Below, piece by piece: positions 1 through 10,978 of a stretch of 64,000 nt of DNA. A program made the translations under genes and the position numbers. The DNA is taken from NCBI GenBank assembly GCA_902491375.1, contig CABUHE010000004.1, positions 40,499-104,498 on the forward strand, read 5' to 3'. Position 1 is the first letter of the stretch. Each line of letters begins with the position of its first letter. Below the pieces are notes generated by a model. That model saw nothing but the letters and a program-made list of their open reading frames with translations. It was not told where the DNA came from and searched no databases. This DNA comes from an uncultured Prevotella sp. (GTDB taxonomy: Bacteria; Bacteroidota; Bacteroidia; Bacteroidales; Bacteroidaceae).

Positions 1-96
1 AACATCCTTCTTTTCCTTACCTGCAAACGCGCTTGATGCACATACAGCAATTACAATCAACGCAAGCAGGCAACGGTTTTTAAAAGATTTGTCCAT
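1..96 (-). CDS. 5' part of an exported protein, divergent from the HTCS (runs off the window)
   Basis: ATG at 96-94 on the minus strand reads MDKSFKNRCLLALIVIAVCASSAFAGKEKKDV, open to position 1. It looks like a signal peptide with an AFA cleavage site and has an AT-rich leader. Confidence 0.7.
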   Translation of the reverse strand, partial: MDKSFKNRCLLALIVIAVCASSAFAGKEKKDV

Positions 97-349
97 TATT
101 ATATATTTAATCAGATTATTATTTTCCGTGTTTCTAAAAGTAACGACGCACTTCTGCTTTTATTGTACTTGTAAAAGTATCACCTTTTTCAAATGCACTT
201 CATTGTATTAACAATATTTTACGCTGGCTGTCTTTACTACCGTCAAAATACAAACGCAGACACAACACAAACAGTTCAAAATCCATTTCAACACATATTC
301 ACATTAAAACAGAAGTCCAACAAAAATTTTTTATTCTTACAACAAAGCT

Positions 350-376
350 TTTGGTAAAGTATTTTTATTATCTTTG
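350..376 (+). promoter_or_regulatory. Candidate Bacteroidetes sigma-A promoter for the HTCS
   Basis: TATCTTTG at 369-376 matches the TAnnTTTG -7 box, with TTTG at 350-353 upstream. Confidence 0.5.
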
Positions 377-492
377 TCGGCAAATTAGTTCCATTTCCGT
401 ATAATAAAAAATAAGCAATCAATATCGGAGCAGATAAAATCTGTAAAGACAACAGTATCTTTTAGCAACAGGCCAAAACCGAGATATTACTA

Positions 493-3400
493 ATGAAAAC
501 CGTATTAAATATAATTCTTTTCATATTAATATGCCAGATAAGGGCAACTGCCAGACCTGACATGATAGTTGAGCACTACACACAAAACGACGGTCTTCCA
601 AGCAACACGGTGTACAGCGCCCTTAAAGACAAAGACGGATTTATATGGTTTGGCACATGGCATGGCCTTTGTTCGTTCGACGGAAACGAATTCACTCCAT
701 TCACAACAAGGCCTAGCCATCTGTATGATGTTCCGCCACAGAAGGTCAGAAACATCTTAGAAGACAAAGACGGATACCTGTGGATAAGAAATACAGACAA
801 CCATCTGTACATGTTTGACAAGGTTACAGAAGCATACAACGACACTTATAACGAACTGAAAAGCCTTTCACACAACGTTCAGGTCATTAAAATCCAACGC
901 ATTGACAACGGACGGATAGTTGTATTAACGCGAAACAAAGATTTATTTGAAGTATGGGTGAATAATGGAAAGATTTCTGTTTCAAAGATTTATGACTCGC
1001 GCAAAGACATTGACGCAAGCACAATGCGTCTGAAACGCAACGTACTGGGCGAGAACTCAAAATACATTTATTGGTTGAGCAGAAATCTGAACATTAGCGT
1101 TATAACAAAAAAGAACGGCAGACATTTACTCCCGAAAATAACGACAAGCGATGAAGTAACATGCTTCAATCATAAAGGTCAATACATCTGCGTTGGAACA
1201 CGTAAAGGCGCAATCTACGTAACTAACATCAATGACGGACACACAAACAGATACTCAAACTTGAATGCCGGCTCACCTGTATCAAGCATAAACCTTATTA
1301 ACGGGCGATTATATTTTACAACAAATTCAGGTTTATACTCATTATCGGGACATTCGCGTCCAATACTTCTTACCGACAAAGTCTCAGGTGTATACCGTTC
1401 GTTTGTTGACAAGTATAACAAACTGTGGCTTTGCGCCAACAACGGACAGATGATCTGCCACAATCCTTCAACATCCTCACAACTGACATTCACCCTGCCG
1501 ACAGACAGTCTGTTTGCCGAAATGAAATTCATAGATACCGGCGCTAACGGGCTTTTTATATTACAACGCAACGGAGAAGTATGGCGTTATGACCATTCAT
1601 CTAAATTAATGCAGAACATAAATATTCTGCCAGAATTCAAGGATAACATAATCGGCACACACTTTTTCGACATCGACATTGACACCGACGGCATAATGTG
1701 GCTTTCATCAACAACTAGCGGTGTCTTTAAAGTATGTTTCCCGAAATACAATTTCAAGTTCTTATTCCCCGATTTGCTGCAACAACAAGGCAATAATAAC
1801 GACGCCATAAGCATACGCGCCGCTTATCAGACACGCACAGGCAGGCTTTGGCTCGGCACACGCAGCGGCAGACTGTATTGCATTGACATTAAAACCAGAC
1901 AGATAATACACAGCTTTGGCCCTGACAAGATAGGAGTCGTCTACAACATAATGGAAGATAAAGACGGCAATCTTTGGTTTTCCACAAAAGGTTCAGGACT
2001 TGTTAAAGCAACGCCTGACGCCATGTCAGCTGACGGATACAGATTTACAAGGTACACGAACAGACGCGGCGACCGCAACTCAATAAGCAGCAACAGAGTT
2101 TACTACACATATCAGGACAGCCACGGACGAATCTGGGTATGCACATTCTACGGAGGTCTTAACCTCATAGAGCAACGTGGCGGAAAGACAATATTCCGAC
2201 ATAAGCGCAACGGAATGACCGGCTATCCTGGCTATGAGCTTTACACCGACATCAGAGTAATCACCGAAGACCATAATGGACGAATGTGGGTTGCAACGAC
2301 CGACGGTCTTATGTCGTTCGACGGGAACTTCAAAAGAACCGGCGACATCAAGTTTGAGACCTATCGCGACCGCTACAGTTCCGGGGTAACGAGTAACGAC
2401 ATATCCACTATGTACAAAGACAGTAACGGCAAGATATGGCTCGGCATCTTCGGTAACGGACTGATGTGTATAAAATCTTATGACAAAAAAAACAAAAAGC
2501 CGGTATTGGAATCATTCACTGTCAATGGGAAAGGCGGCAACGTAATAACATCGATTGTAGAAGACAAAAACCATTGTCTGTGGATAGGAACAGAGAACGG
2601 AATAGCCAGTCTGAAACAAGGCTCACATTATATAAAGAACTATGACAACTTTGCCGGTTTCCCTGACGTTACAGTAGAAGACAATACATCCGCCTGCCTA
2701 AATGACGGACGTATAATAATAGGTTGCAGCAAAGGACTGCTTGTTTTCAATCCTGCAACTGTGATAAACAGCAATGAAATACGGCACAAAACGTTCATAA
2801 CCGACTTCAAAGTGGCAAACCGCGACCTTGAAGACTTCGATCCGCCTATATATCAAGGCTCAGTAAAATTCGCAAAAAAGATTGTATTGAAACACAATCA
2901 GTCGACTTTCACCATTGAGTTCTCTTCACCACACTACGCCGACAACGGTCTTCTGCCATACTCATATATCCTTGACGGATATGAAAACGAATGGCACACC
3001 AACTCCAACAGCCACATGGCTTCATACGCAAACGTACCGCCTGGACATTATAAGTTCAGGGTAAAGGTCAACGACGGCAGCTCGCCTGAGTGTGTACTCG
3101 ATGTAGTAATTCTTCCACCGTGGTGGGCTACGTGGTGGGCTTATCTTATCTATGCGGTGCTAGCCTCACTTGCCTTATACGGCATTCTGCGCACAATAGC
3201 CTACGTCATCAAAATGCGCAACGAAGTCTACATCAACGACCGACTGGCTGAACTGAAAATCCGCTTCTTCACAAACATAAGCCACGAACTGCGCACACCG
3301 CTCTCATTGATTAAAGGTCCGGTTGAGGAGCTTAAAGCAAACGAGAAGCTTAGTCCGGCAGGACGTGAATACCTTAATCTTATTGAGCGGAATTCTACAA

Positions 3401-4839
3401 AGATGCTGCGGCTCGTCAACCAGATACTGGACCTGCGCAAGATTCAAAACGGAAAGATGAAACTTCACGTATCGCTTGTCGACATTACGGGCATCATCGA
3501 CATTCTGATGGGCGAATTTAAATTAATGGCAAGCGAACGGAGCATCAGTTTCACTGCCGTCAAGCCCCCAAGGCAGGTCATGGCATGGTGCGATGCCGAA
3601 AAAATAGGCGTTGTACTGAACAATATTATAAGCAATGCTTTCAAATACACAGACGACGGAGGCAGAATAAGCATAATCTTAACTGACGATGCTGAAAACA
3701 AAAAATGCACCATAAGAGTTGAGGACGACGGTGCAGGCATACCGCCGTCACAGCTTGAACTGATATTCGAAAGATTTTCACAAGCCGACAACAAGACTTC
3801 TGCCGACAACAGTTTTGGAGGCACGGGCATAGGTCTGTCGCTGTCGAAAGAATATATAAACCTGCACCACGGACGCATCTGGGCTGAAAACATAGCCGGA
3901 GGCAAAGGCGCAGCATTCACAGTTGAGTTGCCTACCGATAAAGACCACTTCAGCAATGAGGAGATTGAGGTCTACTTCGACGACTCGACGGCTGCCGACG
4001 ACATTCCTGTTCCTACTGAAGTTCATGAAGAACCGGCAGCAGACGAAACAGCTCCGACCATCATGCTTGTTGAAGACAACATTGACATGTGCCGTATGCT
4101 TCAACTGAAACTCCGCTCAAGGTACAACGTTGTAACATCTCACGACGGTGCCGACGCACTCGAAAAAATACGCGACAATCATCCAGACATAATAATAACC
4201 GACCTTATGATGCCCGGCATGAACGGCCTGGAACTGCTGCGTAACGTGCGCCATGATTTCAACATAAGCCACATTCCTGTCATCATGCTTACCGCACGCA
4301 ACACAGAAGAAGACAAGATGTCGGCCGTAAAAGCCGGTGCCAACGCTTATATAACCAAACCGTTCAGCAGCGGATACCTTGCCGCACGCATTGCCCAACT
4401 GCTTGAGGAGCAGCGCATTTTCCAGCGTAAGGTTGCGGCAATGACCGTTGTCGACGACACAGAGTCCCATTCTCACGACGACTACGGGCGTCATCTTGCT
4501 GAAAAGGACATACAGTTTGTACACAAAATCCATGAGATAATAGAGGCAAACCTCAACTCAAACAGCTTCAACATCGACACCATTGCCGAGACAATCGGTC
4601 TCAGCCGCTCCGCATTCTTCAAGAAACTGAAGAGTCTGACAGGCTTCGCCCCCGTTGACCTTGTGCGCGAGATACGCCTTACAAAAGCCGCAAGGCTTAT
4701 CGAGTCGACCGACAACAACATTACAGAAATTGCCTATTCAGTAGGATTCAGAGATGTCGGATACTTCGGAAAATGCTTCCGAAAAAAATACGGAATGACT
4801 CCTAAGGAGTATCGTAACGAAATACGCGGCAAGAGTTAG
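493..4839 (+). CDS. Hybrid two-component sensor kinase/response regulator (PUL regulator)
   Basis: Beta-propeller repeats (DxxGxxWxGT), Y_Y_Y domain, TM segment after LPPWW, HisKA (FFTNISHELRTPL), HATPase (NAFKYT, GTGIGL), receiver (VEDN, DLMMP) and C-terminal AraC HTH. Confidence 0.97.
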   Translation: MKTVLNIILFILICQIRATARPDMIVEHYTQNDGLPSNTVYSALKDKDGFIWFGTWHGLCSFDGNEFTPFTTRPSHLYDVPPQKVRNILEDKDGYLWIRNTDNHLYMFDKVTEAYNDTYNELKSLSHNVQVIKIQRIDNGRIVVLTRNKDLFEVWVNNGKISVSKIYDSRKDIDASTMRLKRNVLGENSKYIYWLSRNLNISVITKKNGRHLLPKITTSDEVTCFNHKGQYICVGTRKGAIYVTNINDGHTNRYSNLNAGSPVSSINLINGRLYFTTNSGLYSLSGHSRPILLTDKVSGVYRSFVDKYNKLWLCANNGQMICHNPSTSSQLTFTLPTDSLFAEMKFIDTGANGLFILQRNGEVWRYDHSSKLMQNINILPEFKDNIIGTHFFDIDIDTDGIMWLSSTTSGVFKVCFPKYNFKFLFPDLLQQQGNNNDAISIRAAYQTRTGRLWLGTRSGRLYCIDIKTRQIIHSFGPDKIGVVYNIMEDKDGNLWFSTKGSGLVKATPDAMSADGYRFTRYTNRRGDRNSISSNRVYYTYQDSHGRIWVCTFYGGLNLIEQRGGKTIFRHKRNGMTGYPGYELYTDIRVITEDHNGRMWVATTDGLMSFDGNFKRTGDIKFETYRDRYSSGVTSNDISTMYKDSNGKIWLGIFGNGLMCIKSYDKKNKKPVLESFTVNGKGGNVITSIVEDKNHCLWIGTENGIASLKQGSHYIKNYDNFAGFPDVTVEDNTSACLNDGRIIIGCSKGLLVFNPATVINSNEIRHKTFITDFKVANRDLEDFDPPIYQGSVKFAKKIVLKHNQSTFTIEFSSPHYADNGLLPYSYILDGYENEWHTNSNSHMASYANVPPGHYKFRVKVNDGSSPECVLDVVILPPWWATWWAYLIYAVLASLALYGILRTIAYVIKMRNEVYINDRLAELKIRFFTNISHELRTPLSLIKGPVEELKANEKLSPAGREYLNLIERNSTKMLRLVNQILDLRKIQNGKMKLHVSLVDITGIIDILMGEFKLMASERSISFTAVKPPRQVMAWCDAEKIGVVLNNIISNAFKYTDDGGRISIILTDDAENKKCTIRVEDDGAGIPPSQLELIFERFSQADNKTSADNSFGGTGIGLSLSKEYINLHHGRIWAENIAGGKGAAFTVELPTDKDHFSNEEIEVYFDDSTAADDIPVPTEVHEEPAADETAPTIMLVEDNIDMCRMLQLKLRSRYNVVTSHDGADALEKIRDNHPDIIITDLMMPGMNGLELLRNVRHDFNISHIPVIMLTARNTEEDKMSAVKAGANAYITKPFSSGYLAARIAQLLEEQRIFQRKVAAMTVVDDTESHSHDDYGRHLAEKDIQFVHKIHEIIEANLNSNSFNIDTIAETIGLSRSAFFKKLKSLTGFAPVDLVREIRLTKAARLIESTDNNITEIAYSVGFRDVGYFGKCFRKKYGMTPKEYRNEIRGKS

Positions 4840-4899
4840 CGTTCTGTTTATAAAGCACTGACAATCAACGCGATACAAAATCAAGACAGACAACATTCC

Positions 4900-4987
4900 A
4901 ATACATGGTCTTTTGCGCTGCAAAATGCCGTCTTTCACGCTGTAAAAGAGCACCTTTTACAATGCGAAAGACGGCATTTTATAAAAC
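4900..4987. repeat. Intergenic 22-bp periodic array, copy 1
   Basis: Four units start at 4900, 4922, 4944 and 4966 with pattern AAAAG-N5-CTTTT-N7. CTGACAATCAAC lies at 4858. Confidence 0.85.
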
Positions 4988-5150
4988 GTCATAAAACATC
5001 TTATACCCACAGAGCATCCGCGCGATATTATCACCGAGCAAAGACTGTCAATGCGAAACAGCAAAAATATAAGGCGAAACCTGTCGAATAATCTCGATAT
5101 TCACAAATAAATATAGTACAAAACAGGAATTTATGCGTCTAAAGAATAAT

Positions 5151-6017
5151 ATGAAACGTTTTATAATTACCTTATTAATATTGACTGCGGGAGCCGTAAT
5201 ACCTGAATCAATATCAGCGCAGCAGCGCTATTTAATCGGAGTATGTGACTGGATGGTGCTGAAACGCCAGAAATTAGGCGAATTCAAGCTGGCCAAAGAA
5301 CTTGGCTGCGACGGTATAGAAATGGATATGGGCGGACTTGGCACGCGCCGTTCGTTCGATAACAAGATGCGCGACCCTGAGTCTGTACGTGTTTTCACAC
5401 ACATGGCCGACAGTTTCGGAATAAAAGTCGGAGCAGTAGCCATGTCTGGTTTCTACGGTCAGAGCTTCGCAAAAAAGGAGAGCTGGCGCTGGCTTATACA
5501 AGACTGTCTTAACACAATGGCAAAGATGGGCGCACGCGTGGCATTTCTTCCACTCGGCGGATGCGGCAATAACTGGACTGACTCACTGCCTCTGCGTCAG
5601 CAAATTGTATGGCGGCTGCACGAAGCCGGCGAGATGGCTCACGCTCGGGGAATGGTAATCGGTATCGATACACCGCTCGACGCAGAAGGCAACATCAAAC
5701 TACTGGATGAAATCGGATCAGAAGGTATCAGAATATTCTATAAATTCCAGACCGCAATAGAAAATGGCCGAAACATTGCCAAGGAAATAAAAATGCTCGG
5801 CAAAGACCGCATCTGCGCGATACACGCCAGCAATACGGACGGTGTATGGTTGCGTAACGACAAGGCCATCAACATGAAAAAAATAAAAAAAGCTCTCGAC
5901 AAGACAGGTTGGTCGGGATGGCTTTTCGTTGAACGAAGCCGGGACGTAAATCAGGTTCGCAACGTAAAACTCAACTATGGAGAAAATGTTAAATATCTAA
6001 AAGAAATACTTCAATGA
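5151..6017 (+). CDS. Exported xylose-isomerase/AP-endonuclease-2-like TIM-barrel protein (sugar isomerase/epimerase family)
   Basis: Signal peptide from MKRFII, family-like motifs LGCDGIEMDM, IHAS and GWSGWLFVE. An alternative start exists at 5133. Confidence 0.75.
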   Translation: MKRFIITLLILTAGAVIPESISAQQRYLIGVCDWMVLKRQKLGEFKLAKELGCDGIEMDMGGLGTRRSFDNKMRDPESVRVFTHMADSFGIKVGAVAMSGFYGQSFAKKESWRWLIQDCLNTMAKMGARVAFLPLGGCGNNWTDSLPLRQQIVWRLHEAGEMAHARGMVIGIDTPLDAEGNIKLLDEIGSEGIRIFYKFQTAIENGRNIAKEIKMLGKDRICAIHASNTDGVWLRNDKAINMKKIKKALDKTGWSGWLFVERSRDVNQVRNVKLNYGENVKYLKEILQ

Positions 6018-6679
6018 GAATCATTTTAACTATTTTTGTAACACTGATAACATTGAGTGCTACAAACGCCCAGACTTTCAAATTAAAATCAGAAGGACGT
6101 GACAAAGATTATGTTAATACAATAATCGGAAGAGCGCAGAAAGTAACTGACGCACTCGGCATAACCGGCACTGAAAAAGGTAACGAGGTGCTCAACATTG
6201 TGGCAAACCGCTATTTTGAGTTAAACGACATTTATGCTGACCGCGACAGCATGAACAAGGCTGCTGCGACACTTCAAGGCGACGCAAAGAAGCAGGCCAA
6301 AGCCCTGGCTGAGAGCCTTAAAGACAGCCGTCTGTACCGTTCACACTTCGCATTTGACGCCAACCTCTCTCTTTTTCTCGACGCGGCAGGTATCGAAACA
6401 GTCAAGGATGTCATGACATACAACGTGGTAAAAGTTACATACGACGCACAGTGTGACATGATACCTACGCTTAAAGATGACGAGAAAGCCCAGATACTTG
6501 CATGGCTTAAAGAAGCACGCGAGTTCGCAATCGACGCTGAAAGCTCAAAGAAAAAGCACGAAGCATTCGGTAAATACAAAGGACGTATAAACAACTATCT
6601 TAGCAAACGCGGCTACGACCTTACCAAAGAGCGCGAGGAGTGGGCTAAGAGGGTTAAGGCAAGAGGCGGCACTCTGTAA
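6014..6679 (+). CDS. DUF3826-like exported helical protein
   Basis: Signal peptide and C-terminal AREFAIDAESSKKKHEAFGKYKGRINNYLSKRGYD, recognised as the pectin-PUL DUF3826 signature. ATGA overlap with the upstream gene. Confidence 0.75.
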   Translation: MRIILTIFVTLITLSATNAQTFKLKSEGRDKDYVNTIIGRAQKVTDALGITGTEKGNEVLNIVANRYFELNDIYADRDSMNKAAATLQGDAKKQAKALAESLKDSRLYRSHFAFDANLSLFLDAAGIETVKDVMTYNVVKVTYDAQCDMIPTLKDDEKAQILAWLKEAREFAIDAESSKKKHEAFGKYKGRINNYLSKRGYDLTKEREEWAKRVKARGGTL

Positions 6680-6772
6680 TCAGAGTGCTATGAGCCACGG
6701 CTGAAACATACATAGACTATATAACCTACGAATCAAATAAAGGCTCACAGCCATTATCATCAACCGTGAATT

Positions 6773-8884
6773 ATGAAACAAAGTCGAGCTAAAACTAATA
6801 ACAAACTTAACAAAGTCTTATTTACCTTATTTATATCAGCAGCCACAACTGTGCCGGCAATAGCCCAGCAGAGCGGAATCACAGACACACGCAACAGCAA
6901 GTTTGCAGTTGTCAACTCCACACCGCTTGACGCTGTAAGATGGACCGGCGGATTCTGGGGCGAACGATTCAATGTGTTCAGCGGCACTTCCGTAAGAAGC
7001 ATGTGGGAGACATGGAAGTCAGACAAGGGCAACAGCTACAATAACTTTCTCATAGCAGCCGGAGAGAAGAAAGGCAAGCGCCACGGCCCTCCTTTCCACG
7101 ACGGCGATATGTATAAATGGCTCGAAGCTGTCGCAGCTGTCTACGCTGTGAACAAAGACCCTGAGCTGGACAAAATAATGGACGACGTAATACGCCTGAT
7201 AGCAAAAGCCCAGGAGCCTGACGGTTATCTGCATACACCCGTCGTCATTGCCAACATCAACAAGAAAGCAGTACAGGACGAAGAAAAGGAAAACGAGAAT
7301 ATAGGTACGGCCGTAGGCACAAGTAAGGACGGACGCTTCGGCAATCCGCTCAACTTCGAGGCTTACAACATGGGACATCTCATCACGGCCGGCATCATCC
7401 ACAAACGCGCGACAGGCAAAACCACCCTGTTCGACTGTGCCGTGAAGGCTGCCGACTGCCTTTACGACTTCTATATGAATCCGTCAGAAGGTGCGCTTGA
7501 GAAAGGCGTCATCTGTCCTTCTCATTATATGGCGATAGCCGAGATGTACCGTGAGACTGGCAATCCGAAATACCTTGAACTGGCAAAACAGCTGATAAAC
7601 ATACGCGACAGTGTGAAAAACGGCACTGACGACAACCAAGACCGCATACCGTTCCGCCAGCAATACAAGGCTATGGGACACTCTGTCAGAGCCAATTATC
7701 TGTACTCAGGCGTGGCTGACCTTTATGTTGAGGACGGCGAAGCACAGCTGAAAAAGAATCTGGACTCTATCTGGAACGACATTGTTTACCGCAAAATGTA
7801 CATCAACGGAGCCTGCGGAGCATTGTATGACGGCACCTCACCCGACGGCACTGAGTACAAGCCCGACCTCATTCAGAAAGTACACCAGAGCTACGGACGC
7901 CCGTATCAGCTGCCACACTCTACCGCCCACAACGAGACTTGCGCCAACATAGGCAACATGTTGCTCAACTGGCGACTCTTCCAGGCCACAGCCGACGCAA
8001 AATATACAGACCTTGTAGAGAATTGTCTGTACAACAGCATACTCTGCGGAATAAGCCTTGACGGTAAAAAATACTTCTACACAAATCCTCTGCGTATGTC
8101 TGACGAACTGCCGTACAAACTGCGCTGGCCGAAAGAACGTGTCGAATACATCAGCTGTTTCTGCTGTCCTCCCAACACACTACGCACTCTTTGTGAGGCT
8201 CAGGACTATGCGTACAGCGTAGGAAAAGGCGAGATTTATGTCAACGTATACGGCGCAAACACACTTAAAACCAAGCTTGACGGCATTGGAGACATAACAC
8301 TTGTACAGAAGACTGACTACCCATGGAACGGAAACATAGCTCTTACTGTTGACAAACTGAAGGGAAAGAAAGACTTCACAATAAAACTGCGCATACCTGA
8401 ATGGTGCAGCGATGCCAGGATATCAGTTAACGGCGAGCCGGCAGAAGTAAGCGTAAAGAGCGGAAGTTACGCATCAGTAACACGCACATGGAAGAAAGGT
8501 GACACCGTAACTCTCGACCTGCCGATGGAAGCACGGCTCATTGAAGCAAATCCATTGGTTGAGGAATGCCGCGGACAGGTTGCCGTTCAGCGTGGCCCGA
8601 TACTTTATTGTCTTGAGAGCAACGACATCAACGGAGCCGACATCGACAACATAGCAATACCCGCCGGAGCAAAATTCACACCGGTTGAGACTACCATCGA
8701 AGGCAGCAGAATAATCGCGCTTGAGACTGAAGCTATCGACCGAGGAGAAAGCTCATGGCAGAACACGCTCTACCGAGAAGTCGGCAAGAACAAGAATACT
8801 GTAAAAATACGCCTTATACCTTACTATGCATGGGGCAACAGAGGCAAGAGTGAAATGACTGTTTGGATTCCAGTAGCACTATGA
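6773..8884 (+). CDS. GH127 glycoside hydrolase (probable aceric acid hydrolase, BT1003-like)
   Basis: GH127 motifs DGDMYKWLEA, GHSVRANY, HNETCA, CFCCPPN, LIPYYAWGNRG and a signal peptide, in RG-II context. Confidence 0.85.
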   Translation: MKQSRAKTNNKLNKVLFTLFISAATTVPAIAQQSGITDTRNSKFAVVNSTPLDAVRWTGGFWGERFNVFSGTSVRSMWETWKSDKGNSYNNFLIAAGEKKGKRHGPPFHDGDMYKWLEAVAAVYAVNKDPELDKIMDDVIRLIAKAQEPDGYLHTPVVIANINKKAVQDEEKENENIGTAVGTSKDGRFGNPLNFEAYNMGHLITAGIIHKRATGKTTLFDCAVKAADCLYDFYMNPSEGALEKGVICPSHYMAIAEMYRETGNPKYLELAKQLINIRDSVKNGTDDNQDRIPFRQQYKAMGHSVRANYLYSGVADLYVEDGEAQLKKNLDSIWNDIVYRKMYINGACGALYDGTSPDGTEYKPDLIQKVHQSYGRPYQLPHSTAHNETCANIGNMLLNWRLFQATADAKYTDLVENCLYNSILCGISLDGKKYFYTNPLRMSDELPYKLRWPKERVEYISCFCCPPNTLRTLCEAQDYAYSVGKGEIYVNVYGANTLKTKLDGIGDITLVQKTDYPWNGNIALTVDKLKGKKDFTIKLRIPEWCSDARISVNGEPAEVSVKSGSYASVTRTWKKGDTVTLDLPMEARLIEANPLVEECRGQVAVQRGPILYCLESNDINGADIDNIAIPAGAKFTPVETTIEGSRIIALETEAIDRGESSWQNTLYREVGKNKNTVKIRLIPYYAWGNRGKSEMTVWIPVAL

Positions 8885-10671
8885 AAACCTCAAAATTCAC
8901 TATAATAAACGCCCGCAAGGCTCTGCTTACGCTTGCTGCGGCTGCAATGGCAGCGGTAAGCGTATCGGCAACCGACATTATCGTCAAGCCCGGAGCATAC
9001 ACTATTGAGAAAGCATTGCAACAGGCACGCGAGGCAAGACGCCTTGACAAGGCTACCGACATCTGCCTGCGCCTTGAATCAGGTACATACAACCTCAACC
9101 AACCTATTATCATACGCCCTGAAGACAACGGCACACGTATCGTGGCTGACGGCAAAGTTGTAATAAGCGGAGGTGTGAAAGTAAGCGGATGGAAGAAAGA
9201 AGGCAAGTACTATGTTGCCACCGTACCCGACTTCAACGGCCGTCCCCTTGAGTTCAGACAGATGTGGGTGAACGGTAAAAAGGCGGTCAGAGCCAGAGAT
9301 GTGGACGACTTTGAGGATATGTTCCGCATACGAAACATCGACAAAGCCAAAGAGATTATCTACGTTCCGGCAGCTGCCGTAAAGAAGATAAAAGGCGCAC
9401 GATATGCAGAAATGGTGCTTCACGAAATGTGGTGCGTGGCAAATCTGCGCATCAAAGACATCAAGATACAAGGCGACAGTGCGGCAGTAACATTCCATCA
9501 GCCTGAAAGCCACGTACACTTCATGCACCCCTGGCCGTCGCCTATGGTTACGACAGACGGCCATAACTCACCTTTCTATCTGACAAACGCCAAAGAACTG
9601 CTCGACAAAGAGGGCGAATGGTATCTTGACGCACGTACATCAAAACTGTATTACATACCCCGCAAGGGCGAAGACATGAAGACAGCCGAGGTCATTGTAC
9701 CTGCGGTTGAGACTCTCTTAAAGGTTGAAGGCACGCCTGACACGCCAGTCAAGGACGTAACTTTTGAAGGAATAACATTCAGTTACGCCACTTGGATGCG
9801 CCCGTCAGTCAGCGGACACGCACCGTTGCAGGCCGGAATGTACATGATAGAGGCATACAAACTGCGTCCGAAAATGGATCGCCCGAACGGCGACCACAAA
9901 CTTGATAACCAGGGATGGGTAGGCCGTCCGGCATCAGCAGTAAGCCTCAACTGCGCAGAAAACGTCTCATTCAGCAAATGCACTTTCGAACATAACGCAT
10001 CAACAGGACTTGACTACCACCTATATATAAAAGGTGGAAGCGTTAACCGATGCACATTCCGCGACATTGGCGGCAACGGAATACTCGCAGGAAGTTTCGG
10101 ACCTGAGAGCCATGAGGCCCACCTGCCCTACGCTCCTGCTGACGGACGGATAATCTGTACAGGTCTGAGCATAACCAACAATCTGATAACCGATGTTACG
10201 AACGAGGACTGGGGATGCGTTGGAATAGGCGCAGGATTTGTGAAAGACATAAAAATCTGCGACAATGAAATCAGCGATGTGTCATACACAGGAATCTCAA
10301 TGGGCTGGGGCTGGAACCAGCAGGTCTGCTCGATGTCAAACAATCTTGTCAGTGGAAACCTTATATACCACTACGCCAAGCACATGTACGACACGGCAGG
10401 AATATACACCCTGGGCTCGCAACCACACTCGTTTATCGAGAACAACGTAGTACGCGACATCTATACTCCTACCTATGTACACGACCCCAACCACTGGTTC
10501 TATCTCTACACAGACGAAGGCTCGTCGTACATTACGGTAAGAAACAACTGGACTCCTACTGAGAAATACCTCAAAAACGCCAACGGACCAGGCAATACGT
10601 GGGAGAACAACGGGCCGTATGTAGCCGACAGCATAAAAGCGGCAGCCGGAATAAAGCCAGAAAAGAAATAA
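8881..10671 (+). CDS. GH141-like beta-helix alpha-L-fucosidase (BT1002-like)
   Basis: Signal peptide, parallel beta-helix repeats, YTGISMGWGW, DTAGIYTLG, YLYTDEGSS. ATG 8881 overlaps the GH127 stop. Confidence 0.8.
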   Translation: MKTSKFTIINARKALLTLAAAAMAAVSVSATDIIVKPGAYTIEKALQQAREARRLDKATDICLRLESGTYNLNQPIIIRPEDNGTRIVADGKVVISGGVKVSGWKKEGKYYVATVPDFNGRPLEFRQMWVNGKKAVRARDVDDFEDMFRIRNIDKAKEIIYVPAAAVKKIKGARYAEMVLHEMWCVANLRIKDIKIQGDSAAVTFHQPESHVHFMHPWPSPMVTTDGHNSPFYLTNAKELLDKEGEWYLDARTSKLYYIPRKGEDMKTAEVIVPAVETLLKVEGTPDTPVKDVTFEGITFSYATWMRPSVSGHAPLQAGMYMIEAYKLRPKMDRPNGDHKLDNQGWVGRPASAVSLNCAENVSFSKCTFEHNASTGLDYHLYIKGGSVNRCTFRDIGGNGILAGSFGPESHEAHLPYAPADGRIICTGLSITNNLITDVTNEDWGCVGIGAGFVKDIKICDNEISDVSYTGISMGWGWNQQVCSMSNNLVSGNLIYHYAKHMYDTAGIYTLGSQPHSFIENNVVRDIYTPTYVHDPNHWFYLYTDEGSSYITVRNNWTPTEKYLKNANGPGNTWENNGPYVADSIKAAAGIKPEKK

Positions 10672-10725
10672 GAAGACTTTACAATAAGCCTTATAAACAA
10701 AAGCCACGGTAAAAACACGGCTTGC

Positions 10726-10813
10726 AAAAGGCGGTCTTTCGCACGATGAAAGACCACCTTTTACCGCATAAAAGACGGCATATTGCACCGCAATACATGG
10801 TCTTTTACAAAGC
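10726..10813. repeat. Intergenic 22-bp periodic array, copy 2
   Basis: Units start at 10726, 10748, 10770 and 10792. CTGATTGTCAA lies at 10827. Confidence 0.85.
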
Positions 10814-10978
10814 ACAAGATAAAGCGCTGATTGTCAAATCATTACGTACACGTCTGAAACAACGGTCAAAATGGACTTGTAATGTAAGTAAAACATCAAA
10901 TGACAGGCGACAAGAATCAAAATTAATAATAACATAAAACATCTTCTAAAACTATCAACAAGTACTAAAATCTGATAT

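Noticed and set aside
10722..10937. Short ORFs across the repeat arrays (also 21187-21426 and 4738-4953)
   Set aside because: They translate the repeat itself (KDHLL, KRPPF) and show no other coding evidence.
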